This document shows positions 29,000 through 37,960 of a stretch of DNA of 64,000 bases, in pieces. Position 1 is the stretch's first letter. Each line of letters starts with the position of its first letter. Origin of the DNA: a virus (taxonomy: Duplodnaviria > Caudoviricetes); IMG/VR virus record IMGVR_UViG_3300033463_000010, positions 1 through 64,000 of that record, one strand, 5' to 3'. Made by a program: the position numbers and the translations under genes. The notes under the pieces were generated by a model that saw nothing but the letters and a program-made list of their open reading frames with translations, had not been told where the DNA came from and searched no databases.

Positions 29000-29512
29000 A
29001 TGGCTCATAAAATTTACATTGGTATTGACAACGGTACGTCGGGCACTATCGGTTGGATGGGCGACGGCATTGAAACGGGTTTCGCTGAAACCCCTAAATT
29101 TGAAGAACAATCCTACACGAAGGCTGCGAAGAATATCAGCCGTATTAAGCGTTCCGCTTTGCGTGAATTGGTATTGAAGATTTTGGGCGATAATCAGCCG
29201 TGCGAAGCAATCGCAGTCCTGGAACGTCCCCGTGTGAACCCGAAGCAGTTTGTCACGACGCTTTCGGCTATGCGGGCGTTGGAAGCGACGCTTTGTGTTT
29301 TGGAAGATTTGGGCGTTCCGCTTACCTATACGGACTCCCGCCCGTGGCAAAAGAAAATGTTGCCCCAGGGCTTGAAGGGTTCTGCCGAACTCAAGAAAGC
29401 ATCCAAGGAAATAGGTTGTCGTCTTTATCCGCAGTTCGCAGAAGAAATCAAGAAGCATAAGGACGCAGACGGGTTGCTTATTGCTGAATGGGCAAGCAGG
29501 GAGCGTTTATGA
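29000..29512 (+). CDS. RuvC-like Holliday junction resolvase
   Basis: IGIDNG, AVLE, PWQK, DADGLLIA. Confidence 0.85.
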   Translation: MAHKIYIGIDNGTSGTIGWMGDGIETGFAETPKFEEQSYTKAAKNISRIKRSALRELVLKILGDNQPCEAIAVLERPRVNPKQFVTTLSAMRALEATLCVLEDLGVPLTYTDSRPWQKKMLPQGLKGSAELKKASKEIGCRLYPQFAEEIKKHKDADGLLIAEWASRERL

Positions 29513-30480
29513 GTAGTATAATTGAGCAGCAGGATTTGGTGGCGACACCTGTTGACATTGAAACGTTCGTAAAGGACCCGCAGTATCTAGGGAGTATCGT
29601 TGGCGACGGTATTTACCCGTATTGGTTGGAGCAGTTCAAGAAAATCTATGCTGCTTCCGAGGGTTCCCCGTTCTTTCTGTCGGAGTATAGCGAAGTCCTG
29701 TTTGCGGGTGCTTTGGGAGCAGGCAGAAGTTTTGCTGCTATCGTAGGGTTCCTGTATGAACTCTATATCCTTACGCTTGTTAAGGACCCGCACAAGAAAT
29801 GGTCCCTGCTGCCGACTACACCGATTGATTTGGTGGTAATTACTGCGGACGCAAGCAATACGCTTCTTTCCGACCGTATCTTGGACTGCATTAACGTGTC
29901 CCCGTATTTCAAGTCTATCCTGTTGCCGAATAAGGGTTCCGCTCTTGAATCCGATATGTTCCCCAACCACGTGGGTCTTGCTATTGTGGCTAATAATCGG
30001 TTATTGTTGGGACGTGCTATTTTTGGTGCTATCGTGGATGATAGTTGCTTCCCGCAGGAAAAGCCCCTGTGCGATTTATGGTTAAAGAACATATCCGAAC
30101 TATACATTTGTTCGTGGCGACGTGGGTTTTCCAGGTTCGGCTGTGCAGGGACTACACCGCTCCGTATGTGGGTAGCCGTGGCTTCAAGTTCTCCCTTGTA
30201 TGCCCTGGTTGACGAACGTAGAAAACGTGGCTATGGCATATACTATGTTTCTCCGTCTATTTGGGAAACACAGGCGTTTAAGGGTATCTATTGCGGTGAT
30301 ACGTTCTCCGTGTTTGTAGGTTCCGATACGGAACCCCCGAAGATTGTCACGGACATAAACGACCTTGTAAAATACAAGGACAAGGTTATCCAGGTTCCTG
30401 TTGAATACCACCAGGATTTTGAAAAGAATATCCGTGCTGCTGTTCAAGAATTGGCGGGCATTCCCGTCGCAAAGTTTTAA
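29509..30480 (+). CDS. Truncated paralog of the terminase ATPase domain with degenerate motifs
   Basis: Collinear with the TerL N-half (PVDIETF, YPYWL, KDPHKK, PTTPI, IWE.QA.KGIY, QVPVEY); Walker A GAGRS, Walker B VDDS; no nuclease domain. Confidence 0.85.
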   Translation: MSSIIEQQDLVATPVDIETFVKDPQYLGSIVGDGIYPYWLEQFKKIYAASEGSPFFLSEYSEVLFAGALGAGRSFAAIVGFLYELYILTLVKDPHKKWSLLPTTPIDLVVITADASNTLLSDRILDCINVSPYFKSILLPNKGSALESDMFPNHVGLAIVANNRLLLGRAIFGAIVDDSCFPQEKPLCDLWLKNISELYICSWRRGFSRFGCAGTTPLRMWVAVASSSPLYALVDERRKRGYGIYYVSPSIWETQAFKGIYCGDTFSVFVGSDTEPPKIVTDINDLVKYKDKVIQVPVEYHQDFEKNIRAAVQELAGIPVAKF

Positions 30481-30519
30481 TCACAAAACCGCTGTGTGTC
30501 ACAGCAAAGGAAAACTAAA

Positions 30520-31098
30520 ATGGCTACTAAAAAGGCTGCTCCGAAAACTGAAACCAAAGTCGCACCGAAAGTAAAGGTGGTCGCCCCGAAGAAGGACGTG
30601 AAGTCTGCTCCGAAGAAAGACGTTAAGGCTGTCGCTCCGAAGAAGACCGCTCCGAAGATTATGGCGAAGTTGGTTCCCGCCAAGGCTGATGCTGCTCCGA
30701 AGCAGCAGGACCAGGGCTACGTTGTCCTGGAACACGACCTGCTTACGCAGAACTACACGATGATTATCCACGAAGCGGATTACAAGTTTAACGCTCCGCA
30801 CCACTTCAAGGTTATTGCTGCGAAGCCCGACACAGAGGGCGAACATAAGGGGCAGAACCGTGTAATCGCCATTGTTAATTTCCAGGAAGGACCGATTAAG
30901 GAAAATGGCGTGAATGGCGTTGCAAATGAAGATTTGCTCGGTATGGTCCTTGCCCGACTTGAAGGCTTCCAAAACAGCGAATACAAGTGCCGTGAAAACG
31001 CTTGTGCCATTACGAAGATTGAAGAAGCCCTTATGTGGCTCCGCAAGAGAACTAACGCCCGTGTGAAGCGTGGCGTGGAAGGCACTTCCAAGGTCTAA
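30520..31098 (+). CDS. tad1: Tad1-family anti-Thoeris nucleotide sponge with Lys/Ala/Pro-rich N-terminal extension
   Basis: NAPHHF..VNFQEGPIKENGVNGV.NEDL..RLE.FQ..CRENA.AITK.EEAL.WLRKRT..RGVEGT signature. Confidence 0.88.
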   Translation: MATKKAAPKTETKVAPKVKVVAPKKDVKSAPKKDVKAVAPKKTAPKIMAKLVPAKADAAPKQQDQGYVVLEHDLLTQNYTMIIHEADYKFNAPHHFKVIAAKPDTEGEHKGQNRVIAIVNFQEGPIKENGVNGVANEDLLGMVLARLEGFQNSEYKCRENACAITKIEEALMWLRKRTNARVKRGVEGTSKV

Positions 31099-31112
31099 CA
31101 GGGGGACGCACA

Positions 31113-31406
31113 ATGGCTAAAAAGAACGTGAAGAAACAGGCTCCGAAAAAGAGCCTTGCAGAAGTTATCGTTGACCTTGAACTTGAATTTGACGTAGTTG
31201 CAGGCAACGTAGAAAGACTTGACGCTGCCCTTAATCGTGGCGATAGTTTCGCCAAGGAAGTCGGGGACGAACAATACAATCTGCTTTGCCGTCAATTCAA
31301 TGCTATGGTTGAATATCGTGACACGTTGGGCATTCGCCTTGCCTTGCTCCGTCGTAAGAACGCAAAGGCTATTGAAGACGCTGCACTTGCAAAGGAGGGC
31401 AAGTAA
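31113..31406 (+). CDS. crAss001_48-like small helical protein
   Basis: LL.RQ..AM..Y...L..RL motif. Confidence 0.6.
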   Translation: MAKKNVKKQAPKKSLAEVIVDLELEFDVVAGNVERLDAALNRGDSFAKEVGDEQYNLLCRQFNAMVEYRDTLGIRLALLRRKNAKAIEDAALAKEGK

Positions 31407-31867
31407 TGGCAGATTCTACGCAAGATACCCTTGCACACCGCCAAATGGTCGTGGACTTCGCCACAGACTTCTGCACTGACATTATGGATAGGGCAGAATG
31501 CCACGACGAATCCAAACTTCACGAACCCGAAAAGGAACGCTTTGATTTTGTTGGGACCCATCAGCATTTGTCAAAGCACACCTATGGTTCCGACGAATAC
31601 AAGAAATCCCTGGAATACCTGGGACCTGCGTTGGAACACCACTACCAGGCTAACGACCACCATCCGCAGCATTTTGAAAACGGCATTGACGGAATGAACC
31701 TTATGCAGTTAGTAGAAATGTGGTTGGATTGGCTCGCAGCCTGCAAGCGAAACAAGGGTGGCAATATCCGACAATCGCTTGAAGTGAACAAGGACCGCTT
31801 CGGGTTGTCCGACCAACTGTATCACATTCTGTGCAACACAGCAGATGCTATTGAACAAAAGGGCTAA
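31406..31867 (+). CDS. HD-superfamily protein (DUF5662-like)
   Basis: H..HDESK..HHY..N.HHPQH..MWLDW. Confidence 0.75.
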   Translation: MADSTQDTLAHRQMVVDFATDFCTDIMDRAECHDESKLHEPEKERFDFVGTHQHLSKHTYGSDEYKKSLEYLGPALEHHYQANDHHPQHFENGIDGMNLMQLVEMWLDWLAACKRNKGGNIRQSLEVNKDRFGLSDQLYHILCNTADAIEQKG

Positions 31868-32000
31868 CTATGGCAAAAAGCAAAGAATCCATTTGCAACA
31901 CCTGTAATTCCAAGACTTATTGTGCAAACAGGGCTTTGGGTGTGACGGATTGTATCAATTACAATAAGTTCCCCAAGCCGTCCGCAGACGAAGCAAAACG

Positions 32001-32291
32001 ATGAATGCTTACGCTAACAAACTGCTTGCAAGAGCCGAGGGTATTTGGCACAATCTAGGGCTGTCGCTCAATGGGAAGAACTCCCAGGAACACGACGGCT
32101 ATACGTCCCTTGAATTGATTTTCCAGGATATTACCCCCGCCCAGGCTGAAATGCTTGTATCACAAATGAGCAAGGCTTTTAGGCGGGCGAATATCTATTG
32201 GAAATCAGCAGAAATCGGGAAGAAGATTTGCGTTGAAATCCCGCCTATGGGTTCGGGGACCCCCGTTCCTATGAAACGCAGTTGCAGGTAG
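32001..32291 (+). CDS. Hypothetical protein
   Basis: 96-aa ORF in an operon. Confidence 0.5.
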   Translation: MNAYANKLLARAEGIWHNLGLSLNGKNSQEHDGYTSLELIFQDITPAQAEMLVSQMSKAFRRANIYWKSAEIGKKICVEIPPMGSGTPVPMKRSCR

Positions 32292-32312
32292 TAACCACTT
32301 TGTTTATATTTT

Positions 32313-32448
32313 GGGAGCAGGACGGTTTGTAGCCATTCCGTCCTGTTACTTCCATAAGGGTGGAATAGCCCTACGTCGCTACTTTGGTAGCAGGCTCATT
32401 GGCGTGGGGCGGGGCAGCGTAGTTCTCGGTTTTCTACGCTGCCTTTTT
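32313..32448 (+). ncRNA. Putative small structured RNA
   Basis: TATATT at 32305; three stem-loops; ends in a terminator ggcagcgtag..ctacgctgcc-ttttt. Confidence 0.6.
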
Positions 32449-32449
32449 C

Positions 32450-32478
32450 TTGACAGCCACCAGGTAATTTGTTATATT
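32450..32478 (+). promoter_or_regulatory. Phage promoter
   Basis: TTGACA-17-TATATT with GGTAATTTGT. Confidence 0.75.
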
Positions 32479-32504
32479 TAAGGGACCTAAACAAGAGGTT
32501 CAAA

Positions 32505-33203
32505 ATGCCCATTACGATTATCAGTGTTACCGAAAACCCGCTCCAACTCATAGGTGAGTCCGCAGGTATTTGTTGGAATGCACCCGTTGACGACCCGCAG
32601 AAGAATATCCTTCGTGCGATTTCCTGCATTGAAGCGGACCACGGGCGTGTCCTGGAATATCCCGATATTACGATTGTGATTGACGGTAAGTCTGCCCGTG
32701 CGTTCCGTGAACTCTATACGCACATTGGCGGTGGACCTACCCGCCTGCAATCGTCCACCCGATATGTTGACGAAAGCAACTTTAAGTATTATACGCCCCC
32801 GTCCTGCCAAAAGGACGGTGTGCGTGAAGTTTACGAAAAGGGTATGAAGCAGGTTGCGGAATTTTACGGGGAGCTTATTGAACTAGGTGTTCCCCGTGAA
32901 GACGCAGCTAACGCCCTGCCGTTGGGTATGGATTCAAAGGTGGTGTGGAAGATTAACCTGCGTTCCCTTGTGAACTTTATGAACAAGCGTCTTTGCAGCC
33001 GTGCCCTTTTGGAAATCCGTCAGTTCGCAAACGAACTTCGCACCCTGCTTATGAAGATTAACGTAGAATGGGAATGGATAGGCGAAAACCTTTTCGTGCC
33101 GTCTTGTGAACGCTACAAGTTCCTTAACAAGTCTATGTGCTTCTGCATTGAGAAGAAGGGTTGCGGTCGCCACAAGTATATCAAGGATTGCACTCTTGAC
33201 TGA
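32505..33203 (+). CDS. thyX: FAD-dependent thymidylate synthase
   Basis: HGRVLE, REL.TH..QSSTRYV, REDAANALP, INLRSL..RLC.RA..EIR. Confidence 0.9.
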   Translation: MPITIISVTENPLQLIGESAGICWNAPVDDPQKNILRAISCIEADHGRVLEYPDITIVIDGKSARAFRELYTHIGGGPTRLQSSTRYVDESNFKYYTPPSCQKDGVREVYEKGMKQVAEFYGELIELGVPREDAANALPLGMDSKVVWKINLRSLVNFMNKRLCSRALLEIRQFANELRTLLMKINVEWEWIGENLFVPSCERYKFLNKSMCFCIEKKGCGRHKYIKDCTLD

Positions 33204-33537
33204 AAAGATTGATTGGAAAGAAGTTCGGTCCCGTATCTTGGAAACTCCCGTGGTGGTTCCACCGAAGAAGCCGTCACGCAAGGTGGACTCCGAAAAGTCC
33301 AGGGAAAAGGGGAAGCGGTTCTATGACGCTCATAAGGACGACCCCGTTTTCAAGGAAAAGAAGTCCGTAAGCAATAAGGCTTATAAGGACGCACACAAGG
33401 ACGACCCCGAATACAAGGCGAATAAGTCCGAATATAACAAATTATACAAGTTGGCTCATAAGGACGACCCTGTTTTCAAGGCGAAAAGAGCCGAGGCGTG
33501 TAGGCGTTATAGGGCAAAAAAGCGTCTTGCAGCCTAA
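33196..33537 (+). CDS. Basic protein with three AHKDDP repeats (start uncertain)
   Basis: Repeated AHKDDP(V/E)(F/Y)K. Confidence 0.55.
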   Translation: MTEKIDWKEVRSRILETPVVVPPKKPSRKVDSEKSREKGKRFYDAHKDDPVFKEKKSVSNKAYKDAHKDDPEYKANKSEYNKLYKLAHKDDPVFKAKRAEACRRYRAKKRLAA

Positions 33538-33547
33538 TCAGCGATTT

Positions 33548-33574
33548 ACCCCGATACCACGTATCGGGGTTTTT
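33548..33574 (+). terminator. Intrinsic terminator
   Basis: accccgatac-cac-gtatcggggt-tttt. Confidence 0.8.
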
Positions 33575-33609
33575 AATTATATTTAGGTTGAATAAGAGGA
33601 TATTGACTT

Positions 33610-34038
33610 ATGGCAAAGAGAATACCCGCAAAACAAGTAGTCCGTGCAGGGACAGAATCCGATTTGCGTGAGAAACTTATTGACCGTGAATTGGGCTTCT
33701 GTGATACGGAAAAATCCCTGTATATTATGCGTGACGGTATTTTGCACCCCCTGTCTAGGGTATTCACTGCGGTTTACGGTGTAACTACCCGTGTGCAAAT
33801 ACAGGAAGCTATAGACGCAGGGGCTTTGGTAGTTTTGCGAGGGTTGAGCATCTACGGTAACACTGTGGATGTTTATATGGTGCTATCGTCTGTGCAAAAA
33901 TCTACTTCGGGGTATGATACTTACACGTTTGGTTCCTCATTGGATATTCAAGGGGATAATGCTGTGTTTTATTGGGCTAAACTGACAGGCTCTAGTTGGT
34001 CTAACGGAGCTAGGACTGTGACGGGTAGTTCTGTATAA
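33610..34038 (+). CDS. Virion-associated protein with Mtd-N-like motif
   Basis: RELGFCDTEKSLYI. Confidence 0.45.
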   Translation: MAKRIPAKQVVRAGTESDLREKLIDRELGFCDTEKSLYIMRDGILHPLSRVFTAVYGVTTRVQIQEAIDAGALVVLRGLSIYGNTVDVYMVLSSVQKSTSGYDTYTFGSSLDIQGDNAVFYWAKLTGSSWSNGARTVTGSSV

Positions 34039-34052
34039 GTTGAGGTAGGACT

Positions 34053-34826
34053 ATGCGTATAACGAAAGTAAATCAAAGAATTTCACGACTTGACGAACAG
34101 TTGAGCAAACTGCTCTATTTGAAAGAACACCCGAAGCGTCGTCTTCACGAATCCTTGTCCGATTGGGCAGACCGTGAAGTGCAAATTGCCTGTAAGGGTG
34201 CGGACGGCTATGGTGCAGGCTGCTATCAGTCGGCATTGAAAGCGTTCCGTTCTCTTATGGACGACGGGCATAGTGGATTTTCTATCGGCTGCACGAAAGC
34301 AATCTTGAACAGATTGATTGACGGCAAGCCCCTTACGCCTATCAATGACGTGGACGACGAATGGAATAGTGAATCCGATTTTTATGGGGAAGATGGGCAT
34401 TATCAGCACAAACGTGCGTCGTCTGTATTTAAGACGGTGAACCCCGACGGCTCCGTGGAATATAGCGACGTTGACAGAACCGTGTTGGTTGAAGTTGCCG
34501 ACGACGGCACAGAAACAACGTGGCATAGCGGGTTAGCGTCCAAACTTGTAAATGAAATTGTAGGACCGATAACGTTCCCGTATTACCCTAGTGCTAAACC
34601 CTACAAGGTTTATGCCCACCAATTTGATTCTGTGAATGCAGAAGTAGGTTGTTTTGATACGTCGCATATCTTGAAAATCGTGGACCCCGACGGAAACGAA
34701 ATTGATTGTGAACGTTTCTATGTTGAAAGTGGGGACAGGGGCTTCCAGGAAGTAGGACGTGAAGAATACGCTGCACGTGTTTTGTCATACAGAAATGCCC
34801 TCAAATCCCGTGTAGCAAATAAATAA
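34053..34826 (+). CDS. Conserved phage protein with basic N-terminal leader
   Basis: GHSGFS..RLIDGKPLTPI..DEW..YQHKR.S.VFK; leader ends RRLHES. Confidence 0.65.
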   Translation: MRITKVNQRISRLDEQLSKLLYLKEHPKRRLHESLSDWADREVQIACKGADGYGAGCYQSALKAFRSLMDDGHSGFSIGCTKAILNRLIDGKPLTPINDVDDEWNSESDFYGEDGHYQHKRASSVFKTVNPDGSVEYSDVDRTVLVEVADDGTETTWHSGLASKLVNEIVGPITFPYYPSAKPYKVYAHQFDSVNAEVGCFDTSHILKIVDPDGNEIDCERFYVESGDRGFQEVGREEYAARVLSYRNALKSRVANK

Positions 34827-34870
34827 TTTTACTTTGTTTGTGAATTTATTATATTGGCGAGGATAAAACT

Positions 34871-35131
34871 ATGGAGCAATTTGTGGAAATTCTAACAGGA
34901 TTATCTAGCATTATCGGTGTTCCCGCAACATTATGCCTTGCTTGGGCAGTTTTTGTGATAAAGGACCACGCCAAAAGAATTAAGCAACTTGAAGACGACC
35001 TAAAAGAAGCGGACAAGAACCGTGCAGGTGAATTGAACGCTATCTACGACCGCATTAACCAAATGGCTTCGGACGTTTCCTTTATCAAGGGTGCCTTGTC
35101 CGAACGCTACACAAAGGACGGTATGAAATGA
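34871..35131 (+). CDS. Putative holin
   Basis: N-terminal TM helix plus coiled coil; upstream of a peptidase. Confidence 0.55.
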   Translation: MEQFVEILTGLSSIIGVPATLCLAWAVFVIKDHAKRIKQLEDDLKEADKNRAGELNAIYDRINQMASDVSFIKGALSERYTKDGMK

Positions 35132-35598
35132 ACGTCTATTCCATAACTATGAACAAGCCGTGTCTTGCTGTGACACCGTTAGGCGACAGGTATTACAAGT
35201 TATCCCAGGACACCGATATTATGGTCCATACCGATATTGGTTGCCTGGAAATGTCTATCAAGGCGGGGTTCGTCACGAATTTCCGCAGTGGTGGCAGATT
35301 TGTTGACGGGTTCGTTGACCAGGTGGGCGACGAAAAGAAATCGCTTATTTATCTAATCCACGATTTGTTCTATACCCCCTGTGACGATTGCAACGGGGAA
35401 CACCCCGTAACCCGTGAGTTCGCAGACGAATTTCTGCGTGACGGGCTTGAATGGGCAGGTATGGGTAAGTTCAAGCGTAATGTGGTTTATTACTCCGTCC
35501 GTGTGTTCGGGAAGAAGGCTTACGAAGAAGACGACCACTTGACCGACACTAACAGGGTCCTGTTCACATTCAAGTGGTCCGCAAAGGAAGCGGGGTAG
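35128..35598 (+). CDS. DUF1353-like protein
   Basis: GFVTNF.S, IHDLFY, ADEF..Y.SVR.FG. Confidence 0.7.
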   Translation: MNVYSITMNKPCLAVTPLGDRYYKLSQDTDIMVHTDIGCLEMSIKAGFVTNFRSGGRFVDGFVDQVGDEKKSLIYLIHDLFYTPCDDCNGEHPVTREFADEFLRDGLEWAGMGKFKRNVVYYSVRVFGKKAYEEDDHLTDTNRVLFTFKWSAKEAG

Positions 35599-35602
35599 TT
35601 GT

Positions 35603-36016
35603 ATGACGCTCACTGAATACTTGAAGCACTTTATCGGTCGCCCGTATATTTGGTCGGGGGACGGAACGGGAAAGTCACAGAACGGCTTTGATTGCAGCGG
35701 ACTTGTCCTGGAGGGTCTTTGGGCTTTGGGGCTTTATACGGGTTCGGATGTGACCGCCCAGGGACTTTACAATTTTCTTACAAAGCAGGCTAATTGGCGG
35801 GAGGGCAACATAGACCACGCCAATGACTGCGATATTCTGTTCTTTGGTAAGTCCACCGAAAAGATTACCCACGTTGCAGTCGCTCTTGGGGACGGCTTAA
35901 TGCTTGAAGCGGGCGGTGGCGGGTCGTCCTGTAAGACCGCTGCTGCTTCTACGGGATTTGTCCGTGTAAGACCTATCCGCAAGGACGTGGTGGCTTGCGT
36001 CTATTTGAAAAAGTAG
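35603..36016 (+). CDS. NlpC/P60 cell-wall peptidase (candidate endolysin)
   Basis: GRPYIWSG, FDCSGLV, THVAV. Confidence 0.88.
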   Translation: MTLTEYLKHFIGRPYIWSGDGTGKSQNGFDCSGLVLEGLWALGLYTGSDVTAQGLYNFLTKQANWREGNIDHANDCDILFFGKSTEKITHVAVALGDGLMLEAGGGGSSCKTAAASTGFVRVRPIRKDVVACVYLKK

Positions 36017-36049
36017 CCATTGTGCTATATAAATAGGGAGGGACTATCT

Positions 36050-36382
36050 ATGGAATTGCTGTTTCAATTAACGTCCATCGGCTTGTCTGTGTGCCTGCTT
36101 CTATCCTGTGTGTATATGGTGAAGCAGGTCCGCAAGGCTATGGAGCAGTTCCAAAAGTTTGAGAAGTTGTTTAGGGCTTTGCGGGAAGCGAATACAAAGG
36201 CTCGCTTTATGGCAACGTCCGTAAAAGACAAGGTGACGTTCCTGGAAACTACCTTACAGGACTTGCAATCCCAAATAGATATTCTCTTACATACACCGAA
36301 TAACCCGCCTAAAACCGAGGTAAACAATGGCAACAACGACGTTAGTTCTTCTAATTCTGTTGATTCTGTCGGTAATCACTAA
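36050..36382 (+). CDS. Membrane-anchored coiled-coil protein (possible spanin)
   Basis: N-terminal TM plus coiled coil in the lysis cluster. Confidence 0.45.
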   Translation: MELLFQLTSIGLSVCLLLSCVYMVKQVRKAMEQFQKFEKLFRALREANTKARFMATSVKDKVTFLETTLQDLQSQIDILLHTPNNPPKTEVNNGNNDVSSSNSVDSVGNH

Positions 36383-36530
36383 CATTTTGCTTGCAATCCG
36401 TGTGGTTGTGCTGCGAAATTATTTACATTTATTTGAAGCGAAGATAGGCGAAATTGAATTGCGTCTGTCCCCTAAACACATTCAAAAGGAACTGAAAAAT
36501 GAACAAGAACAAAAAACTGTCCGCACTTGA
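36327..36530 (+). CDS. Small membrane protein
   Basis: Hydrophobic N-terminus; aaccgagg RBS. Confidence 0.55.
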   Translation: MATTTLVLLILLILSVITNILLAIRVVVLRNYLHLFEAKIGEIELRLSPKHIQKELKNEQEQKTVRT

Positions 36531-36885
36531 AGCCTTAATCAGCAAGCGTCGTTCCCGCCTGCAGGCTGCACAGAATAAGTCTGTGCAGAAGAAAGTGGAA
36601 CAGCCGAAAGTTGAAGCCCCCAAGGTAGAACAGCCCAAGGTTGAAGAAGTCGCTGAAACCCCGACTGCTCCGATTGTTGAAGAAGTCGCTGAAACCCCGA
36701 CCGCTCCGATTGTTGAAGAAGTCGCTGAAACCCCGACCGCTCCGATTGTTGAAGAAGTCGCTGAAACCCCGACCGCAGAACCGCAGGACGAAGCACCGAC
36801 CGCAGAAGAACCTGTTGAGGTCGTGGAAGCCGAAGTCAAGCCGAAGCGTCGCAACCGCAAGAATCGTGAGGTTGAAAATGGCTAA
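36499..36885 (+). CDS. Acidic repeat protein
   Basis: (I)VEEVAETPTAP repeats. Confidence 0.65.
   Translation: MNKNKKLSALEALISKRRSRLQAAQNKSVQKKVEQPKVEAPKVEQPKVEEVAETPTAPIVEEVAETPTAPIVEEVAETPTAPIVEEVAETPTAEPQDEAPTAEEPVEVVEAEVKPKRRNRKNREVENG
36640..36776 (+). repeat. 36-bp tandem repeat, about 3.8 copies
   Basis: gttgaagaagtcgctgaaaccccgac(t/c)gctccgatt. Confidence 0.95.
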
Positions 36886-37030
36886 ACAGAAAGTTGACGA
36901 AGTAATCGTCAAGGTCCCGCAGGGGACCAAAACCGTGAAGATTGAATTTGGGAATGCCCCGTCTAACGAAAACGTTGGCGGTAAGGGTTCCCGAAAGAAA
37001 ATCTGCGATTAACCGATAAACCGACACCCT

Positions 37031-37930
37031 ATGGATATTCTAATACCGTTCGTTGAATCTAACGACGACGCTTGGCTTGACGTATTCCTAAAAGCCAAGA
37101 ATTTGCACCCGAAGAACGAAAAGGCACGACAGATTTTCTTTGTGCCGTTTCGTCGTCGTTATTCTAGTCACGGGTTGTTTAAGTATTGGTGGCGAGCCTT
37201 GGAACAGAACTACAAGTCCTTGGGCAAAGTCCACTTGCTGCTTATGCAGCCGTCGCAGTTCCCGTCTTTCTTGAACAAGGACGACCCCCGAATTGTGGTT
37301 CACTATCATAATGAGTTCATTCCCGAAAAGCACCGCCCGTGCTTTAATAGTGCAACTATTGAGTTGTGTGCTATCAAGGAATTGGATTTGAAGGGCAATT
37401 TCATATTGGCAAATGACGATATGTATGCCAACGCTCCTGTGGACGATACCTGCTTTGAGCAGGACGGCAAGCCGTTAATGTTCATTGAGGGTCGTGACGC
37501 TTATGGGGCGTTCAATCAGTTCCGAAAGACGCTTACCAACGGGCATAAGTTGGTTATGGACCATTACTGCAAGCCCCTGCCTTATTACCATTGGCACCAT
37601 TTGTTCCAGGTCTATAACGCTGAATTTTGCAAGTCGTTCTTGAATGACGAATGGGAGCGTATTTCAAAGGGATTGGGTAAGTGGCGACGGGACCACGACT
37701 ATAACCATATGCTGCTAATGATGGCACAGAACATTAGCGGTATGGCGGTCCACAGCGACAAGTTCCCGCATATCGGTTATTTTGAAATGCCTACGTTCTC
37801 GCCCCAGGTTTATGCGGAAGCCGACACCCGCCAGGTTGTCTGCTTTAATGACACTACGGGCAAGAATGACAAGACCACCCGTGAGTATTTGGCAAGAAAA
37901 TATCCGAACAAGAGTTCTTTTGAAGTTTGA
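37031..37930 (+). CDS. Stealth-family sugar-1-phosphate transferase
   Basis: DILIPFVESNDDAW (CR1), H.EFIP..PCFNSATIE..ANDDM (CR2), CFND..YPNKSSFE (CR4). Confidence 0.85.
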   Translation: MDILIPFVESNDDAWLDVFLKAKNLHPKNEKARQIFFVPFRRRYSSHGLFKYWWRALEQNYKSLGKVHLLLMQPSQFPSFLNKDDPRIVVHYHNEFIPEKHRPCFNSATIELCAIKELDLKGNFILANDDMYANAPVDDTCFEQDGKPLMFIEGRDAYGAFNQFRKTLTNGHKLVMDHYCKPLPYYHWHHLFQVYNAEFCKSFLNDEWERISKGLGKWRRDHDYNHMLLMMAQNISGMAVHSDKFPHIGYFEMPTFSPQVYAEADTRQVVCFNDTTGKNDKTTREYLARKYPNKSSFEV

Positions 37931-37960
37931 CGCTCCCTAGAATTATATATATTTAGGGAT

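Noticed and set aside
32313-32448. tRNA gene
   Set aside because: No cloverleaf, T-loop or CCA end; no convincing tRNA seen elsewhere in the window
36640-36776. 36-bp repeats as a CRISPR array
   Set aside because: Contiguous in-frame coding repeats without spacers
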